Source: Cladosporium halotolerans (Eukaryota). Taken from it: a DNA stretch of 64,000 nucleotides. The position numbers and the translations under genes were made by a program. Each line of letters opens with the position of its first letter. Position 1 is the stretch's first letter. This document shows positions 1-12,948 of this stretch, in pieces. Below the pieces are notes generated by a model. It was not told where the DNA came from, did no database searches, and was given only the letters and a program-made list of their open reading frames with translations. Location: the NCBI RefSeq assembly GCF_011745625.1, contig NW_027191452.1:1054001-1118000 (forward strand). Reading direction: 5' to 3'.

Positions 1-2230
1 CCGCATGTCAGACGCCTTCATGATCGCCGTGTGTGGAGGTCAGAGCTGCATTGACAAGGCTCAAACCGCATACCTCAAGAAGCAGTCCAAAGGCCCGAAC
101 TACCTTCGTCTTCTGGCCAGCATTGTTGGCAAGAATCTGTGGGACGTTGTGCACAACGCAGATCTCAAGGACTGGAAGGATGTGATGGCGACGCTATGTA
201 CATACGCCGACAACTCTGAGTTCTCAGACCTTTGCGAAGCCCTTGGTGATCGCCTCGAGGAGGCCTACCAGCGTGATGACAGCGTCAAGGCCTTCCGCCG
301 CGACGCTTCGTTCTGTTACCTGGCTGGCTCTAAGCTCGAGAAGGTTGTCATCAACTGGGTGCAAGAATTGCAGGAGCATGAGAAGTCTGCGCTTGAGGCT
401 TCTGAGAGCGAGAATGACTTTGCTGTTCACGCAAAGGCCCTCCAGGAGTTCGTCGAGAAGGTGTCTGTCTTCAGACAGGTCACCAACTTCGAGGACGCAG
501 ACAAGTCAGCCACTGCCGACTGGAAGCTTGCACCCTTGTACAGGCTGTATGTCGAGTATGCTGATATCCTTGCCGCTCATGGGCAACTGGTCAGTGCAGA
601 GCGTTACATCAGCCTCCTTCCCGCACAATTCGAGGGCGCTGAGAGCGCGCAGACTCGTCTGAAGCAAGCAACACGCAAGGCGACCGCCAATGCAAGGCAG
701 CCTGCGGCGACAACTCAGCGCGCAGGCGCACGTCCGGTGTCTGTCGCGCCTCAGTTCCAAGCTGCTGCTCCTCTCATCAACCAGGCCACCAATGCCACTC
801 CCCTGGGAACAGCATCCCCTTACGCACCTGTAGGTGTCACTCCCGCGGCTCCGGCAGCTCCTGCAGCGCCTGCTCAACGTGGTCCCTATGCACCGGCTGC
901 AAACAGCTACACTCCCTCAGGCTATCAGCCCCCCAACGCGGCGCCCGGCCCATATGCGCCTTATGGGGGTGGCTATCAGGCTCCCCAACAGCAAGCTCCT
1001 TTGCCGCCGCCACCTCGCGCAGGGACAACCTCGCCATCCGGACCTCCACCATCTGCTGCGAAAAGCATGACCAACTGGAATGACATGCCCGACAACTTCA
1101 TTAAACCCCGTGACCCTACACCTCGCCGTGGTACACCTGCCCAGCAACCCATCGCCTCACCGTTCCCCAATGCTGCGCAGTCAATGATGTCCCCTCCGCC
1201 CCCTGGAGGCCCGCATTTCAACAAGCCCACGCCGCCTCTTCCTCCACCCCCTAAGGCAGGAGAGATGCCGCCCAGGGTGTTGTCTCCACCCGTCCAGCCC
1301 CCCATTCAAAGGCCGACATCTGCTGCAGCGAATGCTTACGCGCCTCCGCCACCTGCAGCGAACTCCACCTTGCCTACACCCACCGGTCCACCTGTCCAGC
1401 GCGGTGCCTCGCCGTTCCAGCCACCGCCTGCCGTGTCTTCCGCTGCGCCTTCAAACCGTTATGCCCCGGCACCAGGCTCTGCACCCTCTCCGGCCCCTAA
1501 CATGCAAGCTCCTCGCCAGGTTGCACCTAACCCATATGCAGCCCAGGGAGGTCCCAGCCCTTACGCGCCGCAAGGCCAGCCCCAGGCTCCATACGGTCAA
1601 CCGCCCGCTGTTGCGGCACCACCTCCAACCGGTCCGCCTCCGCAGAGGACAGGCCCGCCGCCCCAGGGTCCACCTAGAGCTGCCCAGACGCCGGTTGGGC
1701 CTCCTCCTCAAGGTCCTCCCAGAGGCGGTCCTCCACCCATGGCGCAGGCGCCGCCCCCAGTCCAGCCCACTCCTCCACCTCAGATGGAGCGCGCGACCAC
1801 GCCGGCAGCTAAGACGAAATACCCTCGTGGCGACCGATCTCACATCCCTGCCAACGCTCAGCCTATCGTTGACCTGCTCTCGCCTGAAGTCGCCCGCATC
1901 AAATCCGTGGCCCCGCAGGCGTTCAAGCCCCAAGTCGACGACATGGACAAGCGCATCAACATCTTGTTCGACCACCTCAACAATGAGGAGCTTCTCAAGC
2001 CCGACACTGTCCAGCAAATGGTCGAGATCAGCCAAGCTGTTGCGGGCAAGGAGTGGGATCGTGCGCAGGCACTGTTCACCGAGATGCAGAGCGCCAAGCT
2101 GGATACGGAGGGCACACTTTGGATGGTAAGTTGAATTCATCACTGCGACATATCACAGCACTTTGCTAACAACAAATGACAGGTCGGTGTCAAGCGCTTG
2201 ATCGCTATCGGCAGAGCAACCAAGGCTTAA
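1..2230 (+). CDS. SEC31: COPII coat protein Sec31, 5'-truncated by the window edge
   Basis: Alpha-solenoid region, long Pro-rich linker with WND motif, C-terminal domain (GDRSHIP...RINILFDHLNN). Intron 2126-2182 (GTAAGT..GCTAAC..CAG) gives the terminal exon VGVKRLIAIGRATKA*. Confidence 0.93.
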
Positions 2231-2855
2231 GGACTTTATGCAATGCGGAGTCAGCAATATAGATGAGTTTTCGTAGAGCATTGCGAGCGATGTTATGTTG
2301 CAAGGTTTTGAACGTCAGTAAAAGAATATTTCTCAGTGCGCCTTTTCCTCCTTCAGTTCCTCAGCGCATGTGGTGGGCGCGTGCCATGCTCATGGAGTCG
2401 TTCTGGCCCTGCGTATGGCCGCGTGGAATGCGAGGTAACACCCTAGCACTGTTTCACTTTATGATCTATCAGCTTTACACCTCGGGTTCCAAGAACAATT
2501 TTGTACACAGATGTCCAAAGTGCCGAGACTGACAACGCCGCTAGAGAGTCAGCTACTGCAGGTACACTTCTTCGCCACGTCAGATCCTCCGCGTGACCGT
2601 ATGCATTCGATGTGGCCCGGTAGCTGCATGAAAGGAGCTGCATGAGGTCCCCTCACCTGACGAATCGACGACTTGTGTCCGCTCGACACGTCTCGCAGCC
2701 CTCACATTTTTGAGTGCCTCATTTATAGCCAAATTGTACCATTCGTATATCCTTGCTTGAATTCGAAGCATTCTGAAACTCGCGGCGCTCATCCGACCTA
2801 CAGTACCAAACAGCCGACCTCAAACCAGCCAAAACCCGCCGAGCAAACGCCCACA

Positions 2856-3293
2856 ATGCTCTCGGACTCAGCATCCACAACCTCCACGACCGCCGTCCCG
2901 TCTTCCTCCGCCTCAACGACCCCACCAACCCCCAAACCCACACGCGCACAAGCCGAGGCCCGCGCCGCCGTGCTCGCCTCCCTCAACTCCGCCGGCCACT
3001 CGTACAGCAGCGCTTTGCAGTCCCGCGCCACGGACTTGCACAGCAACGCCGCGGCACTCGACAAGCAGCAGGCGCAACTCGAGCAGTCGAGCAAGGCGCT
3101 TGCGAAGGAGAGTGCGAAGCTCGAGCGGGAAGTTGATAAGGCGGTGAAGGATTTGAAGGGGTTTGGGGACGTGCAGAATTGGGCGGAGATGCTTGAGAGG
3201 GACTTTTGCGTGCTCGAGGAAACGATGAGGTTGGTTGAAGGGGAGGCGGAGGTGGAGAGGGAGAGTGGGGGGAGTTTGTGGAAGGGGAATTAG
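2856..3293 (+). CDS. BLOC-1 subunit 1 (BLOC1S1/GCN5L1-like)
   Basis: Coiled coil followed by K-x-x-GDVQNWAEMLERDF, matching the BLOC1S1 motif. The ATG at 2856 is in CACAATG context. Confidence 0.8.
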   Translation: MLSDSASTTSTTAVPSSSASTTPPTPKPTRAQAEARAAVLASLNSAGHSYSSALQSRATDLHSNAAALDKQQAQLEQSSKALAKESAKLEREVDKAVKDLKGFGDVQNWAEMLERDFCVLEETMRLVEGEAEVERESGGSLWKGN

Positions 3294-3512
3294 TAGATGG
3301 TGGTGTGAGGCGTAGGGTTTGGAGGGATCTCGATGCAGGATCTGGGATGGACGTTGCTACGCTTGAACGATATCATGAATTGATGACCGAGAATAAAAGA
3401 GCTCGAATCGGTCCTTTTCTGTCGCTGCGACTGCTCGATACGGAAATCATGTTGTGCTGTTACCCCTTTTCCCGTCATTTCAGTGTCGTAGTCTCATAAT
3501 CCCAGGTGGTCA

Positions 3513-4808
3513 TTAATATTCATGATCCATCACGCCGTCTTCATCCCATGAGATTCGGCCTCTCCTCACCTGCCCTCTGACCCAATGAGCATGGTAAGTA
3601 GAGTAGTCACGACGACCAGACAGCCCAAGCTGGCTTGCCACGTTGACATATCCTTCCGAATTCTTCGCGCCGGATTTTGCCACTTGCTTCAACTGTTCCT
3701 CGTCGCCCTGCCATGGGGCACGGCAGAAAGGGCAAGTGACATTCTGGCCGCGCTTCGTGGCCGCCCACTGGCTAAAGCATTCCTTGTGGATGTTGTTGCC
3801 ACAAGAAGCTTTGCAATATACGATTTCCTCACGATTGTCGGGCTCGAAGTCGACGCAGCAGATAGGACAATCACCTTCAATGGGCTTGCGATTTCCGTCC
3901 TTGACAGCATTTTCGGCCGTCTCCGAAGGAAGCGGAGGTGCGTTTTCGAAGATCTCCCTAAGCTCGGAAGAAATGAAAGCGAGCTGATATTCGAGATGCT
4001 GAGGTGCGCGCAGCACGCGACTAAGGACGTAAGCGATGTGCTTACATTGATTGCCTTTCTTGGCATGAGGGCAGTCGCACGACGGAACCTTGTCGATGGT
4101 AATGGTATACACGTTGCCGGTGGTGCCAGCCAGGCTGACTGTCTCGATGGGATGTTCTGCGTCAGAACAGGAGCGTTGGCGGTCCAAGGCAAACATACGC
4201 TGGGTCAAGGCGCGATCGCGCACCTCAAGATAAGTGCTTGGTGGGTGACTGCGCCATCTGCGCAGACGCCTTTCACCGTCTTTTGCTTGCTTTGGCTTCC
4301 CTCTTTGCTTGCCGGCGTCCCTGCCTGCGTGGCTTCCCTTACCCTTCTCTGCCGGGGTCTGCGATGCGTCGTAGGACTTCTCAAGATCACCTTTCGCCTT
4401 TTTGTGACGGGGAGCTTTGCTTGGGGGCTCATCCCCGGTCAAGTCGACCAGCTCTGTTGTCGAAGCGTCGCCACGCTTGCCTGAGGATTTGCAGGCAGCG
4501 CGTTCACGAGAGGCTTTATTAGATGCCTCTACCTCCGGCGAATCAACCCACGGCGCGTTTTCAAGAAGTGTCATTCGTTTCCGTTTCGCGCGCGTGTTGC
4601 AAATTAAGCAGTTCTCGGCGACAGCAGGCGCTATGGCAGCCGTTTGTGGTGGGAGTTTGAGGTTGACCATGTGGTCTAGCGCCTCGTTCTGATACTTTAT
4701 TGCCCGTTCGCGGCGCTGCTGCGGTTCGGAACTAGGGTAACGCGTATATACCGGCCTAGAGACCTCTTGGTCGGCAGGCTGCTGCCGAGGGATCTTGTGT
4801 TTCCCCAT
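3513..4808 (-). CDS. SWIM zinc finger plus RING finger protein (putative E3 ligase)
   Basis: SWIM motif CDCPH..CKHI and RING motif CPICC..CKASCGNNIHKEC..CPFCR. The start codon is uncertain. Confidence 0.85.
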   Translation of the reverse strand: MGKHKIPRQQPADQEVSRPVYTRYPSSEPQQRRERAIKYQNEALDHMVNLKLPPQTAAIAPAVAENCLICNTRAKRKRMTLLENAPWVDSPEVEASNKASRERAACKSSGKRGDASTTELVDLTGDEPPSKAPRHKKAKGDLEKSYDASQTPAEKGKGSHAGRDAGKQRGKPKQAKDGERRLRRWRSHPPSTYLEVRDRALTQRMFALDRQRSCSDAEHPIETVSLAGTTGNVYTITIDKVPSCDCPHAKKGNQCKHIAYVLSRVLRAPQHLEYQLAFISSELREIFENAPPLPSETAENAVKDGNRKPIEGDCPICCVDFEPDNREEIVYCKASCGNNIHKECFSQWAATKRGQNVTCPFCRAPWQGDEEQLKQVAKSGAKNSEGYVNVASQLGLSGRRDYSTYHAHWVRGQVRRGRISWDEDGVMDHEY

Positions 4809-5133
4809 ACTGTAGGATGCGCGATGGTGGTTCGGTGTGAGATGCAGGCGCTGGCTAAGGTTTGTTCATTGACGACGAGAGGTGACGGGTCGCGGAGTGG
4901 CGTGGCGAAGCATCGCGGACGTCCGGCACAGCGCGAGTATAAATTTAGGGCCATGACGCGCGGTCACGTGCCAGCAAGGTAACCGGACCGAAACTCCTGA
5001 GATCAATGTTTGCGTCTCGCCGTCATGATCCCATTGAGCGGCCGGTTTCCTTCATCGTCCATTGTCAGATGCGATACAGCGTGCTTGCGTGTGTCTCGCA
5101 GTCTCGAGTCATCGCTTGCCCACCCGCGGTGGC

Positions 5134-7184
5134 ATGAATCTCTTCCGGATCTTCGCCGCGCTGCTCATCCACATCTCGGCATGTGTAGCCCAGGATGAAT
5201 TCACACCCCTGCCAGCAGAACTTCTCTTCGACCCGCAATATGATCAGGCACTCGATTCCGGTGCCTATGGCCAGTATCCTGTACAGAATTTCTTCTCGAC
5301 AAAAACGAAGGTCCCGCGCTTCAATTTTCTCAACTGGACCTCGGAATGTTTCACTCACAACGACTTCTATTTCATCACGCCGAAGGGATGGAAAGTACCG
5401 AACCCCGGCCCGATGATCTTTGATTACCGCGGCGAACTCGTCTGGGCCCAGCACTTCGACAATGAATTCGGCGGTCAGGCGTACGACCTCATGGTGCAGG
5501 AGTATCTGGGGGAAAAGTTTCTGACCTTCTGGCTCGGAGACGATCGCATTCGTGGGCATGGCAGTGGCCAATTTCATATGGTAGGTCTCTCAGCCTATCA
5601 GATCGTGCAATGTATTATTCTGGCAGCAAATGCATCACGAAATATATCCTATGCGTCAGTATGTCAATGTTTTTGGCCGCTGACTTTTGCAAGATCAATC
5701 CAGCATATGATGAAATTCATCAAATAGGGAGTGACAATGGACGCTCTGCAGATCTGCACGAATTTATCCTCACGCCCCAAGGGACTGCACTCATCGTTGT
5801 GTTCGAGCCAATCCGTTTCGACGTCAGGCCTGCTGGACGCGAGTTTGACGATGTATGGAATCAGGTCATGTGGGACTGCCTTATACAGGAAGTTGCCATC
5901 GCCTCAAAGGAAGTAGTATTCGAATGGCGAGCTTCGGAGCATTTGGATATCGCAGAGAGTTACCACGGTGTCATCGATCGAGCCGACGGAACCCCCGAGC
6001 ACCCATATGATCCGTTTCACTTCAACTCTGTCGACAAAGACCATCTCGGCAACTACTTGATCAGCGCTCGATACAGCCATGCCATCTATTACATTTCTGG
6101 GTCGACGAAGGAGGTCATCTGGACGCTTGGTGGCAAAAACAATAGGTTCATGGACTTGTCAGCTGAGACAGCGCTTAACTTCGCGTGGCAACACGATGCT
6201 CGTTTTGTATCGCCAGATGCTTTTCCAGAGATCTACACGCCACCAGCGGCAAAGGAGGGCGTGACTACGAGACTATTGACCCTCTTTGATAATGCTGCTG
6301 AAGATTGGCATTATCAGTTCGGACCAGAAAGCGCTCGGGGAATATTGCTGGAGATCACGTATCCTACCCCCGCCGCTCCAGCCTCGAAACGGGCTCGCGA
6401 TATATACAGCAAACAAGACTCAAAGTCCGCTACGACTCTCAGCAAGCTCGATGCGGACAAGGCCGCTGCTATCAATGGCTCCAATCCAGCATATACGGTC
6501 CGTCTGATCCAAGAGTACTCGAATCCCGAGACTGGACGTGCTTCGTCACAGGGATCGATGCAGCTCGTTACCACAGAACCAGGCAAAGATCCTCACATAC
6601 TACTCGGTCACGGCATCAACGCTATCATCTCGGAATACAGCAGCAACGGCACCCTTCTCTGCGATGTACACTTTGGAGCCCGGAGCAGCTGGGAGAAGGG
6701 CGACGTGCAAAGCTACCGCGCGCTGAAGTTCAGGGATTGGGTTGGCCGACCCCATGTGTCGCCCGACGTTGCTGTCGACGGCGCAAATGTCTACGTCAGC
6801 TGGAACGGCGCGACTGGGGTTGCCGAATGGGTCCTCCAGACATCCGACGGGGGCGAGGAAGACCGATGGCTCGCTGCAAACGTCGTGAAGAAGGCTGGCT
6901 TCGAGACGAAGATAGAAATTCCCAAGGATCGACGGAGAGCACGATACTTGCGTGTCACTGCGCTTGACGGCAACGGCCATACTTGCGAGCATGGCGTCAG
7001 CGATGCGTACAAGAGGGGTTATATTTATGGCCACCAGAGGCAGACCGGCGCGAGAACATCTGCAAGTGTGCTCATATGGGGCGCTGGATCGTTCGTTGGG
7101 TTTCTTTTATTCGTCCGGATCGTGCGCCGCTGCTATGCGAGATGGCAGAGACGGCGGAGCATGGCGAGATGGAAGCTGCCATGA
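5134..7184 (+). CDS. Secreted, membrane-anchored arylsulfotransferase (ASST)-family protein
   Basis: Signal peptide MNLFRIFAALLIHISACVA; motifs DLHEF, PFHFNSVDK, YLISARYSH, FAWQHDAR, QGSMQ, SYRA; C-terminal TM. Intron 5581-5693. Confidence 0.85.
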
Positions 7185-7583
7185 TCGCGTGGGTACGCGT
7201 CAATTTGTTCGGCATGCAAGAAACATGCGGCTTGATTTTTCGCATTGTATCGATCGTAATATTACATATGTATAGACATTTATTTATCATCAAGATTTGG
7301 ATGTCCAATGCACCTTTCATTGTGGTCAAAATACAGTTTTCTTCTGGACGAAGATGGCAGTCGTATGCGAGGGTGGCTTCCGAGTGTTAGTCACCCAGCC
7401 GATCCCCCACCACTCGATCATCGCGACATGCGGGCATTCCGCCTCGATGATAACCCCAGCCAAGCAATGTGACACATCCTCGCTGTTTAACGATACACGT
7501 TATAAATCAAAGAACATCAGCCAAGTTTTAGAGAACTGCCCAAGAATCCCATCACTTCTAGCCCACCAAGCCCAGTCCCAACC

Positions 7584-8156
7584 ATGACCCCCCGACCCCA
7601 AGAATGGCACCTCCAAATCGCCACCACACCCTACCTAATCTCCACCTCCCCCGCCAAGCTCGACCACGCCTTCATCAATGCCTCCTTCGCCCACAAAGAC
7701 ATGTACTGGGCCAAGCCCCTGCCCGCAGACACCCTCGCCCTCATGCTGCAGCACTCCCTCACCCTCGGCCTGTACAAGCACCGCCCCGCGGAGCCCTCGT
7801 CGCCGCGCACGCCGTCGCCCACGCTCGAACAGCGGGATCCCATGGGCGAGAAGTGGCAGCAGATCGGGCTCGCGCGCTTCGCGACGGACCACGTGTCGTT
7901 CGCGTACCTGAGCGATGTCTACATTGCTTCGGAGCACCGCGCGGCGGGGCTGGGGGCGTGGCTTGTGAGGTGCTGTGGCGAGGTTTTGGATGGGATGCCG
8001 TTTCTGAGGAGGGCGATGTTGATGGCTAGCGAGGGGGTGGGGGAGGCGTATTATGGGAAGGTGCTGGGGATGGAGGATGTTCATGGGCAGGATGCGGGGT
8101 TGGTGTGTATGAGTCGGCGGGGGCCGGGGAGTGCGCTTGGGGAGAGTGGGCATTGA
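7584..8156 (+). CDS. GNAT-family N-acetyltransferase
   Basis: QIGLARFATDHVSFAYLSDVYIASEHRAAGLGAWL (acetyl-CoA-binding motif A). Confidence 0.85.
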   Translation: MTPRPQEWHLQIATTPYLISTSPAKLDHAFINASFAHKDMYWAKPLPADTLALMLQHSLTLGLYKHRPAEPSSPRTPSPTLEQRDPMGEKWQQIGLARFATDHVSFAYLSDVYIASEHRAAGLGAWLVRCCGEVLDGMPFLRRAMLMASEGVGEAYYGKVLGMEDVHGQDAGLVCMSRRGPGSALGESGH

Positions 8157-8341
8157 GGTTAGAGAGACGGGGGTTCGGTTGGCTGTGACGACGGGCTTGG
8201 TTGCGAGCTCGAGTTCAGTCACTGCATAGCGAGCATTGGCCATAAGGGCTTCTCGGGCTTGGCCAAGGGTGAAGCGAAAGAAGGTGTCATTGCGTAGTTT
8301 CATAATCTCGTCTGGTATCGTCCCGCGCGGCTCGGGCGTGC

Positions 8342-10289
8342 TTAAACCCTCCTCTCGGGCTGCACCTCCGCCACGTTCTCGACCATGTCCATCTTGTCCT
8401 TCTCCGAGTTGTAGTTCTCCGCCATACCGCCGACGTTCTGCGTGAGCTCCTTGCCACGCCTGCCGATCTGGTACCACGGAAGAGCAAAGACCGCGTCGAT
8501 AGACTCGAGACTCTTGTTGGCCAGCTCGGGGAGGAAGAAGTACACCCAGACCAGGCCGATGGCAGTAATACCGACAAAGAACGCCATCGTGCCTCCATTT
8601 GTCATGGAGATGAACATGCTCGGAACGGCCTTCGAGTTACCGTATTCTGGGAGTTTGTTAGGATGCGCTTAGGACGTGTGTGATTAAGTGCAGGGGCAAG
8701 CTTACGGTTCGCGAAGTGGAAAGTCATAGCGAACGAGCCACCGAGGGCACGGAGTCTGAGAGGGTAGATCTCGGAGTTTATGAGGTACTGATGAACGTGT
8801 CAGCAGTGATTTCGACCTAGTAGGATGACAAGAATGCTTACCTGAATAGAGTTCCATCCCAATGCCCATCCGAAGCCAGAGATGCTACACATTGAGTGTT
8901 AGCAAGAACGCTAGAAGTGGCAGAGCGGTCGACGAGCACTTACTATATCATGACAATGGCACCCATAGCGGCATGCTTAACCGCTCCCGTGGGAGTGTAT
9001 CCTTCATCACCAACGCCAGTGTCCAGCAGGAGGAAGATGGCCATGTAAAGCATAGCAATCAGCTGGCAGGTGATACCGATCATGAGCGAACGCTTGCGAC
9101 CAAGCCAATCGATGAGGAAGAATGCGCAAAGCATAGCCGAGACGAATTTCACGACACCAAAAATGGCGGTCGCGAACAGCTTCTCCTTCTCGCCGCTGGT
9201 GCCCATCATAGCGAAGTACTTGGCGGCGTAGATCGTAATAGAGGAGGCGCCGGACCACTGCGAGAGGAGCTGCGACATGACAGAGAGCTGCATGCGGTAG
9301 AGGTTGCCCTTGTCGGACAACAACTCGCGGATCGGACCAAACCAGGTGGTACCCTTGGTCGCTTCACGCTCGCGGTTGAGCTGGTCGTTGATGTCGATGA
9401 TCTCACTCTGGACGTACCAGTGGTGGACATCCAGGTTGCGGAGCTTGGAAAGGTTGGCGGCAGCTTTCTCGTGCTTTCCGACCTTGATCAGCCAACGGGG
9501 AGACTCGATAGCGAGGAAGCTGGCGAAGAAGATGATGGCAGCGAAGTAGATGTGCATGAGGTTGGGGACGACCCATTGCATCTGAGTCTTCTCGGAAATG
9601 TGGAGGTTGCTGCCGTAGCTGCCGAAGTATGCGAGCATGATACCAAGGTAGACGGCGCCGGAGAACATGCAGACGCAGAATCCACGGACGGTGCGAGGTG
9701 CGGTCTCGGCAAGGTAGGTTGGGGCGACGACGGTCGTCTGTCCAATGCCGACACCTGCAATGAAGCGGCCAGCGTAAACCATGCCTACAGATGTTCGGTC
9801 AGATTTCGAGCTCTCGTATTGACGTTCGTGTACAGGATGTTCTCACCAATAGATCCGTTCGAGGCTGCAGCGAGGAAGATGGTGATACCCAAGACCCACA
9901 GGAAGCAAAGCTCGCGTGTGGCCCAAAGGCGACCAATCTTGTCCGTCAGGAAGAAGGCGATGAGGGCGCCGAGGATGGAGCCCATCTGAACCATGCCGGT
10001 GATGTTGCCCAGAAGGGCTGCCTTCTCTGCCTCGCTCTTTCCAGATGCATCGTCCAGGCCAAAGGTCTCCTGGAAACTGGGCTGCTCAGCGCTGGTGCCG
10101 ATCAGACCCTCGTCAAGCCCACGGGCGGCGCCCATGAGACCGAAGACTGTAACAAGCGTCAGAACAACATCGATATTTATTTGACAAGACGTGGCTCTTA
10201 CCAAAAACGCCATACCAGAGGCGCCAGTTCAAGACAGCGTGCGGCGTGTCTTCGCCGAGCTTGTTCTTGTTGAAAAGCACCGCCAACAT
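8342..10289 (-). CDS. MFS sugar porter (quinate permease-like), multi-exon
   Basis: GLDEG, DKIGR, GRFIAGVGIG, PTYLAETAP, ESPRWL, QWSG, DWLGRK, PELANKSLESID; several short introns. Confidence 0.9.
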
Positions 10290-11865
10290 CTTGGCCGCTT
10301 GGTGGTGTAGCTTAGCTGTGGTCAAGACAAGCCAAGGCGATCAAGTACAAAGGTACAACCAAGAAGACCGGCTTCAAAGGTCAGCGAGAGTGATGAGAAA
10401 GGGCTCAAGCGATGTGGACGGAGGGCAGACGAGCCTGTCTTTAAAGTCGCCGTCGCACAGCAGCCGGCGTGCATCGATGGGCCTCGCTGGCAGACCTCGA
10501 ACCAAGGGCAGCCCCAAACATCGTGCACGCTGCTCCACACCACGAACCCACTCGCCCACTCTCCCCCAGTGCTCCATGCTCGCCCGCGCGGGGCGGAGAA
10601 GACCGACGCGGAGTAGGGTTTGTGCGCGCTCGTGGCACGGCGCCAGTGCGCCGTAACGTGGTGTTCAGGCTGCTAGAGAATGGCACGGGTGCGCGAGAAC
10701 TGCCACGCCGTGTTCACGCGAAGGCCAAGCAAAGCCAAGTCGAGGATGCTGAAAGTCTGTGGTAAGCGGGGACGGTCAGTGGTTGAGCGGTCGGATCGGC
10801 GTTTGAACAAGCTTGCGACAAGCCTGGCGGGGTTTGGAGGTGCCAGTGGAGGCGGGCCCGCCAGCAACTTGGCTGGACGCCTGCGCGCGCTATCGTACAC
10901 TACCGCTCCCACTCGGTCAACGTCCGAGTGGCAATTGGCCGGATACGCGGACGCTTCCTTTGTCCGACGAGAACGCGATGGCTCGAACTTGACAAGCTCG
11001 CCTCGCTAGTGTCAGACCGGCAGAGGCTTCCTCCACACTGACTGACTCGCCTTCATTTTCTCCACGCCTCACCTGCTCCAACCGTGCCGCTCTGGGGCAT
11101 CCGCTGGGTTTACCTTCCTCAGTCATCGTATTCCGCGGTCGGATACCCTTGTCCGTGTGGAGATATCCGGTGTGTGTGAAGCCGGCGCTCAGGTAGCGAG
11201 GCTGGTTGAGCGCCGAACATGACAGATTGTCATGTTTCAGGGAAGAGTTCCAATGCTCCATCGACCGAAGAAAGCCCTCGCATCTGCATGATTGTGCGTT
11301 GGGGTCGAGTACATTCACCAAAGCCCCAGAAAAGAACAATGGGTTCAAGTCCAACCGAGACACCCAAAGATGCAGGGCTCGGCACTTCCGTGGTGTATCC
11401 ACAACTACTGTGATATGCCCCGTTCTGAGGAGCAAGAGCCTCGGAGAAGATCCGTGTCAGGGCACTGCTCGCGAAGCGAGGTAGCCTTAGTAAACCCCAC
11501 ACGGAGAAAGGTCTGACCAGATATTGCGTGGGGCTCCTGGCACTGAATCATTGTCTTTTTCGAAGAGTCGGACGAGGAAATACATTAGGCTATTTTCCGC
11601 ACCGTTGTATTGGTGGCAGACCGTCGAATTTCTGCTCAAAGCGTCGGGGAATATTCTGGACTGCGCACTGCTGCAATGCATATGCAAAGGCATGCGAAAT
11701 GTGTGATGGCGGTAGAGATTTGGCAGGGGCTCCGGGGTAGTCATGACCGACAGGCACAAGGAGATCCGGCACTTGCCTTCTGCATCAAGCCAGCAGCTTC
11801 GTGCATAAACTCTAAGAAGACAATCGCCGAAGTTGCGTGTTGAATCCCGTAGCGTGCTTTTTCTT

Positions 11866-12948
11866 TCACCTCCCCGACATGACTCTAATGTGCTCGGCCC
11901 CGACCTTGTCCGCTTCCCCGTTGAGAGCTTTAATCTCGGCGTCGACGTAAGGAATTCCATCACTCTTCCTGGTCTGCTCGGCTATCTGCTCGATTTCTCC
12001 GGGGAAGTAGATCCGGTCGACGCCCGCCATCTTGTCGCAGGAGACGACTCTCTGATACAAGTAGTCCATGCGTTCCTTGAACTCGTCCATGCTCATGAAC
12101 AGGTCCGGTTTGAGAGCGATGAGGAAGTGACCTACGTCCGCCGGCTTCGAAGGGTCGTATGGGTTCGTGACATGTCCTGCGAAGGCACTGCCCGAGAGCA
12201 CGCCGGAGAAGACATCCATCATCACAGACAGCGCGCTGCCTTTCGGCCCTCCCATAGGCAGCATGACACCCTTCAGCGCCTCAGCCGGGTCATCTGTCTG
12301 CTTTCCTTCGGCATCAAGCGCCCAGTCGCCCGGGATCTTCTCACCCCTCCGCAGAGCCTTATAGATCTTGCCCCGCGCCGCCACAGAGGGCGCCATGTCC
12401 AGAATGAACGGCGGCTTCTCCCCGCCCGGCGCACCACACGCCAACGGCGAGACTCCCATGAGCTTCTCCTTGCCGCCCCAAACAGGCAGCGCTGGGCTGG
12501 AGTTCGTAAAGACAAGACTCATCATGCCCTCGTCCAAAGCCTGCTGCACCAGCCACGCCGACATGCCGAAGTGGTTGCTGTGCTTGACGCTGACCATGCC
12601 TATGCCGTAGACCCGCGCCATCTCGCACGCCTTCTGCATGCCCATGTGCGCCGCGACGAAGCCGAACGAGTTGTGCGCGTCGACCTGGCCGATGACGGGC
12701 GTCGTTTCGGTGAGCGTCGGTTGGGCTTTGGCGTCCAGGACGCCCTGGCGGATGCGGGCCATGTAGGACGGGATGCGGTTGATGCCGTGCGTGTCGACGC
12801 CGCGAAGGTCGGCTGCTACGAGGCATTTGGCGACGATGGCGGAGTGCTCTTTTGAGACGCCGTTGCCTTCGAGGACGGATTGGACGAAGGTGGTGGCGTC
12901 CGAGGGGGACACGTGGTGTTTGGTCGATTCTTGTGTTGGGGCTGCCAT
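11866..12948 (-). CDS. Ldh_2-family (malate/L-lactate/sulfolactate-type) NAD(P)-dependent dehydrogenase, intronless
   Basis: ADLRGVDTHG, HSNHFG, LDMAPS, GGPKGSAL, YFPGE. Likely start MAAPTQ at 12948. Confidence 0.9.
   Translation of the reverse strand: MAAPTQESTKHHVSPSDATTFVQSVLEGNGVSKEHSAIVAKCLVAADLRGVDTHGINRIPSYMARIRQGVLDAKAQPTLTETTPVIGQVDAHNSFGFVAAHMGMQKACEMARVYGIGMVSVKHSNHFGMSAWLVQQALDEGMMSLVFTNSSPALPVWGGKEKLMGVSPLACGAPGGEKPPFILDMAPSVAARGKIYKALRRGEKIPGDWALDAEGKQTDDPAEALKGVMLPMGGPKGSALSVMMDVFSGVLSGSAFAGHVTNPYDPSKPADVGHFLIALKPDLFMSMDEFKERMDYLYQRVVSCDKMAGVDRIYFPGEIEQIAEQTRKSDGIPYVDAEIKALNGEADKVGAEHIRVMSGR

Noticed and set aside
700..1810. Repetitive C-rich sequence
   Set aside because: Explained by the Pro-rich linker of Sec31; it is not a DNA repeat array.
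10917..11860. Possible gene relic between the permease and Ldh_2
   Set aside because: Short ORFs with no recognisable motif or consistent splice structure.
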